Source of the DNA: a virus
Reading direction: 5' to 3' (one strand)
Virus genome (UHGV): UHGV-1354558
DNA: 39,910 nucleotides
The notes below the pieces were generated by a model, which worked only from the letters and a program-made list of their open reading frames with translations, was not told the origin of the DNA and searched no databases. Positions within the stretch are counted from its first letter, which is position 1, and every line of letters begins with the position of its first letter. A program made the position numbers and the translations under genes. Below are positions 22,522 through 31,143 of this stretch, in pieces.

Positions 22522-23682
22522 TTACCTAACATTTAAGTAAACCACGTTCTCCTCTTGTGCCGTATTTGTGCCATTGCGACTTATAATCGCATCGATTTTG
22601 CTCGCGTGCTCGGTGAGATGCCCGGCTGAAAGGTGGGCGTATCTTTGAACCATTTCGAGAGTTTCCCATCCTCCCATCTCTTTAAGTGCAAGAAGAGAGA
22701 CACCTGACTGAACCAGCCAGCTTGCCCAGGTATGCCTCAGGTCATGGAAGCGGAAGTTGCTAATGCCTGCCCGCTTTAACGCTCCCTTCCATGCCTTGTT
22801 GCTGTCGGTTCTCATCTTCCTTACCGCTGCTGTTTTTGTTCCGTCGCTTCGGTAGGCAGGTTTGGTGTGGACAAATACCCATCTCTTATGGAGCCCCTGC
22901 TGTTTTCTTAATATCTGGCATGCGGTTTCGTTAAGAGGAACTCCGATCGCATTGCCAGCTTTTGTTTCATCAGGGTGCATCCATGCCATTTTCTTATCCA
23001 GATCGACCTGTGACCACTCAAGGTCTGTAACGTTGGAACGGCGAAGGCCTGTCGTGATTGCAAACATGACCACAGGGAAGAAGTGAGGAGCAATTTCTGC
23101 AAACAGGCGCTTCGATTCCTCCTCTGTAAGCCATCTGATGCGTCCATTCTTAACGCGTGGTGTTGATATTTTGGGTGCTCTGTCAAGCCATCCCCATTCA
23201 ACAGCCATATTGAGAATGGCGCGAAGTATTGCCAGATGCCTCGTCTTCGTTCCTTTGCTTGCCAGCTTTGGTTTATACTCCGGCACCGGATTGCCAAGTC
23301 GTAAACACCTGTCCCGGCTCATCTCCCAGTTCAGGCGATGGCGGCGGTTTTCCATCCCGTCTACCGCCTCCATTATTTTTTCTGTTGTTATGTCAGAGAG
23401 AATGGCTTCTCTGAAGTGCAACATCCAGAACGATATAATGCTCTTGTCATCATCAATGGACTTCTTATCCGATTTCTCACGCAGCCACCGTATGCAGGCT
23501 TCCTTGAATAGCTTTTTCGGTGATTCCCCGAGATTTTTTACTCTCCACGCTTCTGCTTTCAGACGATCGTGAAGTTCTTGCGCTTGCCTTTTGTCCGATG
23601 TTTCAAGAGAGCGTCTAATTCTTGATCCATCTGGCGCGACGAAATCGCAGTGCCACGTGCCACCGCGTAGTTTGATTGACAT
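22522..23682 (-). CDS. int: tyrosine integrase
   Basis: 386 aa with C-terminal catalytic motifs (HDLRHTWASWLVQSGVSL...LGGWETLEMVQRYAHL). AGGAGG upstream; adjacent to the tRNA-derived att core. Confidence 0.9.
   Translation of the reverse strand: MSIKLRGGTWHCDFVAPDGSRIRRSLETSDKRQAQELHDRLKAEAWRVKNLGESPKKLFKEACIRWLREKSDKKSIDDDKSIISFWMLHFREAILSDITTEKIMEAVDGMENRRHRLNWEMSRDRCLRLGNPVPEYKPKLASKGTKTRHLAILRAILNMAVEWGWLDRAPKISTPRVKNGRIRWLTEEESKRLFAEIAPHFFPVVMFAITTGLRRSNVTDLEWSQVDLDKKMAWMHPDETKAGNAIGVPLNETACQILRKQQGLHKRWVFVHTKPAYRSDGTKTAAVRKMRTDSNKAWKGALKRAGISNFRFHDLRHTWASWLVQSGVSLLALKEMGGWETLEMVQRYAHLSAGHLTEHASKIDAIISRNGTNTAQEENVVYLNVR
22555..22570 (+). repeat. 16-bp direct repeat copy 2 (TTGTGCCGTATTTGTG), candidate integrase arm-type site
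   Basis: Identical to the copy at 22337..22352; lies within the 3' end of int. Confidence 0.4.
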
Positions 23683-23906
23683 GCTTTAACCTCCTGCACA
23701 TCAACCGCATTCACCGCGCTATTGTGTCTCACAGACTTAAGCGCCGCAATGCAGTCTGACTTGCAAATGCGATATGGGCTTTTAGGTTTATCTGGATTTA
23801 TCTTTGCGGCCTGAAGTCGTCCACTTCGTATCCACTGCGTGATAGTGCCTTTGTCTACCTTCAGATACGACGCTGCCTCTTCACGAGTGAAGATTTCTTC
23901 TTCCAC
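23559..23906 (-). CDS. xis: excisionase (HTH), GTG start
   Basis: 115 aa with HTH YLKVDKGTITQWIRSGRL, immediately upstream of int and overlapping it by about 124 nt. GGAG sits 7 nt upstream of the GTG. Confidence 0.65.
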   Translation of the reverse strand: MEEEIFTREEAASYLKVDKGTITQWIRSGRLQAAKINPDKPKSPYRICKSDCIAALKSVRHNSAVNAVDVQEVKACQSNYAVARGTAISSRQMDQELDALLKHRTKGKRKNFTIV

Positions 23907-23996
23907 CTGGAATCTCCATTTATTGGATTGGTATTATTGCGGTAGGTCTGGATATCATTGAGCAATGAACAGGCCTCATCGAGTGTGAGGCTGTGG

Positions 23997-24341
23997 TTAG
24001 TCCTTGCGTAACTCGCTAATTCTTCTGTAAGTCTCTGGTGCTTTGTTCCCGTACGTCTTCATTTCAGACTTCAACAGAGCAACGAGTGAATCCCATTCGT
24101 TGAGGATGCCTTTGAATGCCGGAACGCGCTTTGCAACCTTGTCGAATGAATCTCTGATTTCTGGAATCTGCTCAACAAGTGCAACGCATCGCCGGAAATC
24201 GGCTGCGTCATGTGGAGCACCGAAGCTATGACCATAGATATTCTTTTTCAGTCCACATGCGATTGAGGCAAGAGTTGCGCTACTGATGCCAACATCGCCA
24301 GTCGATTGCCATTTCAAAACCTTCATAGCCAAATCTGACAT
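23997..24341 (-). CDS. hypothetical protein (early-left accessory region)
   Basis: 114-aa ORF with GGAGA upstream, directly downstream of an intrinsic terminator. Confidence 0.5.
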   Translation of the reverse strand: MSDLAMKVLKWQSTGDVGISSATLASIACGLKKNIYGHSFGAPHDAADFRRCVALVEQIPEIRDSFDKVAKRVPAFKGILNEWDSLVALLKSEMKTYGNKAPETYRRISELRKD

Positions 24342-24353
24342 TTCTTGTCTCCA

Positions 24354-24380
24354 ATAAAAAAACCGCCATCAGGCGGCTTG
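24354..24380 (-). terminator. intrinsic terminator within early-left operon
   Basis: Minus strand reads GCCGCC-tgat-GGCGG followed by TTTTTTTATT. Confidence 0.6.
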
Positions 24381-24442
24381 GTGTTCTTTCAGTTCTTCAA
24401 TTCGAATATTGGTTACATTGTTTTCATATATGAATAAATAAA

Positions 24443-24622
24443 TTAGCTTTTTTCGTTGCCTTCGCTTTCTTTATTAATTTTAACAAACTCGTTTTTACCA
24501 CGCTCTCCAAATGCGTCTTTAGAGTCGTTGTATCCGCAATCGCAGCACACATAATCTCCAGACCATCCACGCATTGTTTTTTCTTTTGCAATATTTCCAG
24601 AACCGCATTTTGGACAAGACAT
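24443..24622 (-). CDS. small zinc-ribbon protein
   Basis: MSCPKCGSGN...YVCCDCGYN gives two CxxC pairs. Strong GGAGG 7 nt upstream of the internal ATG; AT-rich 3' half. Confidence 0.5.
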   Translation of the reverse strand: MSCPKCGSGNIAKEKTMRGWSGDYVCCDCGYNDSKDAFGERGKNEFVKINKESEGNEKS

Positions 24623-24718
24623 ATCACTACCTCCAAAGCATGAGTGAGATGACAACGTAACATTGATTGGAGATTAACAATAGATTGCTGATGTAAAAGA
24701 TATGTATAAGCTTCGCTT

Positions 24719-25618
24719 TCAAAGTGGAGGCTCTGGTAGCGGCATCCAGTGTGACGGTTTCCACGACGCACCAGGAATTATCCACCCATCATTAGCGTCA
24801 GGATGACCCGGGATGTAAGTCGCCCATTTCATTCGCCAGTCACCTTTCCTGTCAAACTCCACGGCAACAAGAACGGCTGTTTTGGCATCCGGCATTCGAT
24901 CACTACAGCTTATCCAACCATCCGGAGTTCCCGGAACTGGCGGAATGGCTGTCTGCTCTCGAACGTCATTAGGCGCTATCGGTCCTGCTGCCAACTGACT
25001 GGCATGTTTGTTAATGGTAGCGATAAGCTCTTGCTCAGCCTCATCCAGACAATCACCGATACCTCGCCTGTCACCGTCAAAATCATCGAAATCGGCACGA
25101 ACCCTGGCAATCTTCAGGATTGCGGACAACACATCACCAGGAATTACCGGAGAGTTGCCATTTACATCGAAGTTTGGCTCTGCGTCCTGAACCAGGAGGA
25201 TGTAACCATTCTTGGCTGTATCAAGTTCTAACGCCTCGGTGACGGTACCGAAATAGCGATTACCTAAATCAGCATCACAAGTGCTTACATCAATGGAAAC
25301 TTCCATCCCTTCGATTAATTCTGGCAAGTTGTAAGTTTGGCTTACGAGTTCGGCTTCCAGTTCTGCTATGCGCTTTTTTTCTGCTTCCAGCTCATCCAGT
25401 AATTCCAGCACGGTAGCAGGATTAGCCTTGGCAACAAAATCCCGGACTTGCTTACAATCAATCTCCGCAATGGGTTGATACGATGTGTAGCCATGCTGTC
25501 TTGTATAACTACCGTGACGAATAACGAAAAAATCACCATTTATTTTTTTACCCTGCCACTTATCTTCACCGGCTTTCTCTGCCGCCTCACGCAGTGCCTG
25601 ATAGTCAATCTTGCTCAC
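24719..25618 (-). CDS. hypothetical protein with C-terminal DUF551-like domain
   Basis: 299 aa. C-terminus (WISCSDRMPD...WKPSHWMPLPEPP) resembles the DUF551 domain common in lambdoid early-left regions. Confidence 0.55.
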   Translation of the reverse strand: MSKIDYQALREAAEKAGEDKWQGKKINGDFFVIRHGSYTRQHGYTSYQPIAEIDCKQVRDFVAKANPATVLELLDELEAEKKRIAELEAELVSQTYNLPELIEGMEVSIDVSTCDADLGNRYFGTVTEALELDTAKNGYILLVQDAEPNFDVNGNSPVIPGDVLSAILKIARVRADFDDFDGDRRGIGDCLDEAEQELIATINKHASQLAAGPIAPNDVREQTAIPPVPGTPDGWISCSDRMPDAKTAVLVAVEFDRKGDWRMKWATYIPGHPDANDGWIIPGASWKPSHWMPLPEPPL

Positions 25619-26115
25619 TGGTTACCTCCTTTGCGAATCTGGGAGGCGAACAAACGTACACCAGACGCTTCACTGCGTAGAAACTTAACGGCATCATCAA
25701 AACCACCTCGTTCTGCGTCGTCTGCTCCGTTGTCGAGGTTATCTGCGTACATCTCTACCCCCTGCGCCCGTACTTCAGCCAGGAAAGCATCGGTGGCTGG
25801 GGTTTCCGTGAAGTTGTCCTCCCAACCGTAGTACTCCTGACGACAGAAGTTATTAAATTCCTTCTCAGATTGCTTAAGCGAGGTATTTTCAGCAGCCATC
25901 TTCGCGCATTTAGCCTCAAGGTTATCAATCGTGATTCCAGCAGAACGACACTCACGCAACGCCGTTTCTAGTTTTGATTCAAGTTCACCGAACTTACGCA
26001 CCAGATATTCAGCGTTTGTTTCGTTAACCTTTAAATCACTTGGGATGCATTTACCTTTCAGAAATCCATCCATCTCAATTAGTGACATTTGTTTCATTTC
26101 TTCCCACTCCGCCAC
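25615..26115 (-). CDS. hypothetical protein
   Basis: 166-aa acidic ORF, translationally coupled to the downstream gene. Confidence 0.5.
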   Translation of the reverse strand: MAEWEEMKQMSLIEMDGFLKGKCIPSDLKVNETNAEYLVRKFGELESKLETALRECRSAGITIDNLEAKCAKMAAENTSLKQSEKEFNNFCRQEYYGWEDNFTETPATDAFLAEVRAQGVEMYADNLDNGADDAERGGFDDAVKFLRSEASGVRLFASQIRKGGNQ

Positions 26116-26274
26116 ATCGCATTCAGATATTTGTTTTGATTCACTGATGGAAAAGAATTTCTCTTAAGCAATTCCTCTCTCGATGGCATTGGCTTTACGC
26201 GTTGGCGAATAATCATTTCTGCCGGAAGAATGCCGGGATTGTATGCAAGCCCTCTCATGGTAAATTCCTCTTTG

Positions 26275-26589
26275 TTAATTTATTTGTATGCCTGCTCTTT
26301 CTTCATCGAGTTTTTTTAGCTTGTATCGCATAGCTCTTACTGAATAAATTGAGCGGCAGGTTGCAATTGCTATTTCTTCTGCGGAGAACTTACCGAAAAG
26401 TGATACTTCGGCTCTTGTCCAGCGTCTTCCACGAAGTCGGCTAACAATGTCAGCGCCAATCCTTGTTGCTTTCGCCATAACTGCTTTTTCAGTCCTTTCC
26501 AGTTTTTCAGCGATAACTTCAACTGGCATTGTCGCCGCCACTTCGCGCAAGAAATCGACTTCCCATTTCTCCCATGGAGTCTTTTTCAT
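26275..26589 (-). CDS. hypothetical protein
   Basis: 104-aa ORF with internal sequence duplication (two similar about 40-aa halves). Confidence 0.45.
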   Translation of the reverse strand: MKKTPWEKWEVDFLREVAATMPVEVIAEKLERTEKAVMAKATRIGADIVSRLRGRRWTRAEVSLFGKFSAEEIAIATCRSIYSVRAMRYKLKKLDEERAGIQIN

Positions 26590-26600
26590 AGTCGATACCG

Positions 26601-27089
26601 TTATTTGATAAGAAGTGAAGGTTTCCCAACCTTGAGTTGAGCGCCTGGGATATTTATTCCTGCTTTTAGTTGGTGCTTGATTGCCAACTTGTCGGCTTTA
26701 ATTGTCGTTTCAAACTCAACGTATTCAGGAGGAAGGGCGCTTGAGTCGATGATTTCTACAGTTTCTGACGGTTTGCGGATTGTTACCTGGTGAATACCTG
26801 CTCGAATCTTTTTCTTGCCAACCATTTCAAGCGATGACGCTATATATGATTTGATGCTGTCAATCTTATTTTGAATTACTGCGGCTCGCTCATTCAGCGA
26901 CTTTGCCTCTTCCTTGAGGCGTTCAGCATAACCAGATTCATTTTTAATGACGGAAAGAAGTTGCTCTATTTTATCGGTAAATTCTCCTTCCATGCCTTCT
27001 ATTGTGTCAGCAATCATCTCTGGTTCTAAATCTGAATCCATCAATTTTGCGTATTCATTGGCAATTTCATACAGTTTGCTCACTGGCAA
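26601..27089 (-). CDS. hypothetical protein next to RecT (possible Gam-like or RecT partner)
   Basis: 162-aa coiled-coil-rich ORF immediately downstream of recT. Function assignment is positional and weak. Confidence 0.4.
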   Translation of the reverse strand: MPVSKLYEIANEYAKLMDSDLEPEMIADTIEGMEGEFTDKIEQLLSVIKNESGYAERLKEEAKSLNERAAVIQNKIDSIKSYIASSLEMVGKKKIRAGIHQVTIRKPSETVEIIDSSALPPEYVEFETTIKADKLAIKHQLKAGINIPGAQLKVGKPSLLIK

Positions 27090-27978
27090 CCTCCAGTTTC
27101 GCTTTGCATTCTGCGTAAATGGCTTGTACGTTCTGCTGCAATTTCATTCCAGATGTCAGGCGATATGCTTCTGCAAAATATCGCTTCAAATCATCCATGT
27201 TTTCTGCCTGAGCCATTTCATCACAAAGAAGTTGTGCTTTATCCGTTATTTCCTGCTGGCGTTTCCGTTCATCTTCGCGGATATCTTCCTCTGATTTGTG
27301 CGGCATAACTGGTTCAGTCCACACACCTTCTTCTTCGTTTAGTACGTGAATAGCACTATCAAGACGTGATGCCTTAGGCCAATACTTGCTTGCACGCTTT
27401 ACGACCGTCTTTCGCGCCATCTCATTCCAGTGATTTACCCATGGTCCTTTATCGCTGAAGGCCGCCTTGCTTGTTTTCCTTACAGCCTCAATTTCAGCCA
27501 GACTCATCTCTTCCGTTAGATAATCACCTGCTGACGTCTTAACTGTGCAGTAAACGCCAACGATATCACCACGATCACCGAAGGCGTTGTATTTATGGGT
27601 TGGTGCTTTATCAAGCCCGTTTGACTCATAGGTATCGTTAGCATGAACAAGTTTTGCCTGACCCCATGAGATAACACCAGACTCCATTGCAATATGGAGC
27701 AATCCCATATAACTGATATCAAGGCACACCATGCCGTCGCGCGGAACCAGATAAGCCAGTTTGCTGGCCGGGTTTAAGGTGATGCCGATCGCCGCAACAT
27801 TGATGATGGCGTTCTGTGCGCTGGTTGGATTTGCCAGTGCCGTTTTAGCCAGGCAATCATTTTTCTGGAAATACTGAATTGCAAACTGGCTTTCCTTAGC
27901 CCATGTCACCGTCTGTTCAGTCAATGCCCCGCAGAATAACTGCTCCTGCTGTTTAACGAATTCAACGATATTGCTCAT
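27067..27978 (-). CDS. recT: RecT-family single-strand annealing protein
   Basis: 303 aa with a conserved RecT block (GPWVNHWNEMARKTVVKRASKYWP). Confidence 0.8.
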   Translation of the reverse strand: MSNIVEFVKQQEQLFCGALTEQTVTWAKESQFAIQYFQKNDCLAKTALANPTSAQNAIINVAAIGITLNPASKLAYLVPRDGMVCLDISYMGLLHIAMESGVISWGQAKLVHANDTYESNGLDKAPTHKYNAFGDRGDIVGVYCTVKTSAGDYLTEEMSLAEIEAVRKTSKAAFSDKGPWVNHWNEMARKTVVKRASKYWPKASRLDSAIHVLNEEEGVWTEPVMPHKSEEDIREDERKRQQEITDKAQLLCDEMAQAENMDDLKRYFAEAYRLTSGMKLQQNVQAIYAECKAKLEVASEQTV

Positions 27979-28286
27979 GCTGCTTCTCCATAAATGTGTC
28001 TGCGTTTGAATATTGCGAAGGCATATTCAGCCTTAACTCTTTCGGTTATTGCATCCCAGAACCATTCAGCGGCTTTTTCCTGATAGTTACAGTCATCATC
28101 TTCCAGCCAGTCGATAGCGTCCTTAGTGTGTTCATCTGGTTTATATGAGCGAAGCATTTCGCTTATTGGGTCGCAACGTTTGCAGAGACGATCAACTTCA
28201 CTGTTGATTCGTTCGTAATCATCATCGGTAAAACTTGCGATGATTTGCGATATTTCACGCTTATCATTCAGAGTCAGAACCATCAT
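27975..28286 (-). CDS. hypothetical acidic protein between cIII and recT
   Basis: 103-aa acidic ORF; by position could be a Kil or anti-RecBCD type function (speculative). Confidence 0.45.
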   Translation of the reverse strand: MMVLTLNDKREISQIIASFTDDDYERINSEVDRLCKRCDPISEMLRSYKPDEHTKDAIDWLEDDDCNYQEKAAEWFWDAITERVKAEYAFAIFKRRHIYGEAA

Positions 28287-28367
28287 CTTTCTCCTGTTCT
28301 TTGTGCTGATTGAGCATTTTGTTCATCTGACGAATGAATTCTTCGTCTGACCAGTTATCTGTAAAAC

Positions 28368-28538
28368 TCATGGACGGCCTTGTTGTTTCAAAATATCCCA
28401 AAGCTTTTCGAGCAAACTTTTCATTCTTGGTTGTTTAAAGTCTGCTCCGGTTAAAATATTTTTTCGTGAATGCTGTACCGATAAAATCGGGTTGAAAGGG
28501 CGAACCGATGCCGCCCCTGCAATAGCGAACTGTTGCAT
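28368..28538 (-). CDS. cIII: CIII-like FtsH inhibitor
   Basis: 56 aa (MQQFAIAGAASVRPF...SLLEKLWDILKQQGRP) resembles lambda CIII (MQYAIAG...LLERI...LIDILNQPG). AAGGAG 6 nt upstream. The longer 28368..28643 ORF is rejected. Confidence 0.7.
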   Translation of the reverse strand: MQQFAIAGAASVRPFNPILSVQHSRKNILTGADFKQPRMKSLLEKLWDILKQQGRP

Positions 28539-28602
28539 AGGATGCTCCTTCTGTTTGATTGCATAACGAAAACGCCTCGAGTGAAGCGTTATTGGTATGC
28601 AT

Positions 28603-28628
28603 ATAAAAAAGCCCTCACACTGGAGGGC
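28603..28628 (-). terminator. intrinsic terminator upstream of cIII (tL1-like)
   Basis: Minus strand reads GCCCTC-cagtgt-GAGGGC followed by TTTTTTAT. Confidence 0.55.
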
Positions 28629-28764
28629 AAAGAAGATTTCCAATAATCAGAACAAGTCGGCTCCTGTTTAGTTACGAGCGACATTGCTCCGTGTATTCAC
28701 TCGTTGGAATGAATACACAGTGCAGTGTTTATCCTGTTGTTTATGCCAAAAATAAAGGCCACCA

Positions 28765-29016
28765 TCAGGCAGCCTTGTTGTAAATGTTGCAGGTATCAAG
28801 TAAGTAATTAGATGGAGCGCCATAAATTATGAATTCATCGTTTGTCGGGTCCATCTCCATCTCTTGGCCTATTGCCATTCTTGCGTCAGTGTCATCAGCG
28901 GCGAAGCATAAAACAGCCCACGCACCCATTGTTTTAAAAAGAACTGCAATTGGCTGTGGTTTTACTGAATTTGCGTTAGCGCGAAAATCATAAATCGCAC
29001 TTTCATGAAATTCCAT
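28765..29016 (-). CDS. hypothetical protein immediately downstream of N
   Basis: 83-aa acidic ORF, 9 nt downstream of N. Confidence 0.5.
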   Translation of the reverse strand: MEFHESAIYDFRANANSVKPQPIAVLFKTMGAWAVLCFAADDTDARMAIGQEMEMDPTNDEFIIYGAPSNYLLDTCNIYNKAA

Positions 29017-29024
29017 ATCTCACC

Positions 29025-29324
29025 TCAAATAAGTGGTTTGCTGCCTAATTTCATTTTCTGGCGACCAACACAAGTCACACCCATTTCACTGCGTGGCTTG
29101 CGGTAGTAAATACGGTTCTGTTTACGCTCGACTTCTTCTGCCTTCTTGCAGCGAAGGCTTCCGAGTGATGCTGCTTTGTCTGCTCTGACGCAACCAGAGA
29201 GCTTTAGCGCAATTTTTTGTGCCAGTCGCTGCTCTTGCATTGCCTGTTCACGTTGAGCCTGTCTGCGTGCTCTGCGGCGATTTCTGGCGTTATCGTCAGC
29301 CAGATATGTAATGACTACTGTCAT
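29025..29324 (-). CDS. N: N-type antitermination protein
   Basis: N-terminal arginine-rich motif (DNARNRRRARRQAQ) and a C-terminus (YYRKPRSEMGVTCVGRQKMKLGSKPLI) resembling lambda N (WYSKPGERGITCSGRQKIKGKSIPLI). GGAGG upstream. Confidence 0.75.
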   Translation of the reverse strand: MTVVITYLADDNARNRRRARRQAQREQAMQEQRLAQKIALKLSGCVRADKAASLGSLRCKKAEEVERKQNRIYYRKPRSEMGVTCVGRQKMKLGSKPLI

Positions 29325-29767
29325 GTTGACCTCCGATGATTGACTTTGGTGATTGGATGGCCGGTGCTGAATTCCGGCTTACTGGTTAGAGCGCCCGCAC
29401 TACCAGTGACGCTGTCTTGAGGCGCAGATTGGTTACTGCTTGCCATGAGCGCTGTTTATACATTGGTCGAGCATCAGCCTGCTCATTCATCCAATCCCAA
29501 AGCCAACTACTCTTTGACTCACACTCTCGCAGTGAGCGCGCTCATGCCCTTGAGTCTCTGCCGCTTCATCGCCGCTGATAACCGGTGCGCGTCTGGCATT
29601 CGCGCTGCTTTACCGGAGCTACTTTTAATATATTGACCCTAACCCGATGCTAAGCAGGCTCGCTCAATGGCGACTCAGGGCAGCATCATTACTGCTGCAT
29701 TGCCTTTCGGCTGCGGTCTAACCGCGTTAGTGCACCATTACGGCACCTCCTGTTTGGTTAAACTCAG

Positions 29768-29809
29768 TTCCCGCATTTCGGCGGGACAATCCCATCAATG
29801 TTAAAGAGC
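29768..29809 (-). promoter_or_regulatory. nutL (boxA GCTCTTTAACA plus boxB hairpin)
   Basis: Minus strand has boxA GGCTCTTTAACA followed by a hairpin TCCCGC-cgaaat-GCGGGA, which is the same stem-loop as in nutR. Confidence 0.6.
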
Positions 29810-29855
29810 CTGCCAATCTGTTCCGTTTGGCTTCCAGCGTCCTGCTGATGGCTAA

Positions 29856-29897
29856 AGAATACTGTAGGTATTTTATTGTGTAAATACCCAAGGTATT
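29856..29897 (-). promoter_or_regulatory. PL promoter with two operator sites (OL)
   Basis: Operators AATACTGTAGGTATT (29858-29872) and AATACCCAAGGTATT (29883-29897) fit AATACY-N3-RGTATT. Minus-strand -35 TTTACA and -10 TATTCT with a 17-nt spacer overlap them. Confidence 0.55.
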
Positions 29898-30029
29898 TAT
29901 TTTTGGTGAAATAATGATAAGCAAATGAATACAAAGGATATTTATTTTTTTCGGTGTCTGCTTGTTCAGTGCTTTTTATGCGGGATATGTGAAGTGGATC
30001 CCGATAGCTATTGCTGCCGGGATTATGAG

Positions 30030-30398
30030 TTAGTCAGCGAAGGTTAAGACGAGAATTACCTTAATGATGTCTGCTACAACAGACACGGTCATAGATAAAC
30101 CAAAGACGATCCAAGCCATAGAGATGTCTTCACTACCATCGTATAGAGTTCCGTAATCACTGGTGTAAGGCGTAAATGTCGCGCCTTGATACAATAGGTA
30201 TAAGCTTGATCCATAGAGGATAAATGCAGATATCCCTTGTATTGCCATGATCACCAGAATCATGAAACGAGCTGATCTATGCGCCCAAGCCTGGCTTATT
30301 TTTTCTGATAGAGATTTCGCAATAAAAGCATGCGCTAAGCCGTAAATTGTTGAGATTGCCAACATCCCCAAAAAGCTTGCTATAGCGGTTCCAACCAT
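30030..30398 (-). CDS. small polytopic membrane protein co-transcribed with cI (rex-like position)
   Basis: ATG at 30398 with AAGGGG 6 nt upstream, 18 nt after the cI stop. 122 aa with about four hydrophobic helices; a lower-GC tract follows. Confidence 0.6.
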   Translation of the reverse strand: MVGTAIASFLGMLAISTIYGLAHAFIAKSLSEKISQAWAHRSARFMILVIMAIQGISAFILYGSSLYLLYQGATFTPYTSDYGTLYDGSEDISMAWIVFGLSMTVSVVADIIKVILVLTFAD

Positions 30399-30415
30399 AA
30401 TCGCCCCTTGCGTGA

Positions 30416-31132
30416 TCAAACCAGCCTTAGTTTTGTCTCAATTGCAACGCCTATAATCTTGCAGTTTCCATTGATTGGCACGAGAGGCCATGCAGGATTA
30501 AGTCCCTTGAGGTATTTATTTCCGCCGTCGATTATCAGCTTCTTGAATGTTGCTTCGTTAGAGTCAGAAAGTTTTGCTATGACCAAGCTGCCGTTGATCG
30601 CCTCCCTTCCGGTATCGAAAAGAACGAATGTTCCCTCTGGAATGCTTAACCCAACCGGTGCCGTCATTGAATCACCTTCCACTTTAAGCCAGAACGCATT
30701 ACCTTGAATATGCGCGTCAGACTCAAGCCAAACATCTATGTCTTTAATGGTGTATGGTTCGCATGCTTCACACCACGAGCCAGCCTGGATACTGCTTAAC
30801 ACCGGATACCTCTTTCCTGCTCTGTATTCCCCTGCATACCTTACGTTGGCATCGCTCTTAAGGCTTTCTGCCTGTTCTGCAACCTTGGCAGCAATTGACT
30901 GGCTAAAATCAGCAATTGAGACTTGCAACAGTCGTGCAAAACCAGATGCAACCTCAACGTTTAGCGCGTTTCTGCCATTAAGATAATGCCCTACCGCTCC
31001 TTGGGTGATACCCAGTTCATCAGCGATTGAGTATTGGGTTATCCCCAATTCTTTCTTTTTTGACTCATACAAAGCCTTAAGCCGCTTAGCGTCTTCGAGC
31101 TGTTCTGTCGTCAGTGATTTTTTATTTTCCAT
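30416..31132 (-). CDS. cI: CI-type repressor (HTH plus S24 autopeptidase)
   Basis: 238 aa: MENKKSLTTEQLEDAKRLKALYESKKKELGITQ... closely parallels lambda CI, with the C-terminal LexA-like domain (WLKVEGDSMTAP...FKKL). Apparently leaderless start. Confidence 0.9.
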   Translation of the reverse strand: MENKKSLTTEQLEDAKRLKALYESKKKELGITQYSIADELGITQGAVGHYLNGRNALNVEVASGFARLLQVSIADFSQSIAAKVAEQAESLKSDANVRYAGEYRAGKRYPVLSSIQAGSWCEACEPYTIKDIDVWLESDAHIQGNAFWLKVEGDSMTAPVGLSIPEGTFVLFDTGREAINGSLVIAKLSDSNEATFKKLIIDGGNKYLKGLNPAWPLVPINGNCKIIGVAIETKLRLV

Positions 31133-31143
31133 AGCTTAATTCT

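Noticed and set aside
28539-28643. Longer version of the cIII ORF (28368..28643)
   Set aside because: The upstream extension has no RBS and an implausible sequence; the CIII-like protein starts at the ATG at 28538, which has an AAGGAG RBS.
29445-29636. 63-aa plus-strand ORF in the N leader
   Set aside because: Opposite to the direction of PL transcription, no RBS, and in a GC-rich non-coding stretch.
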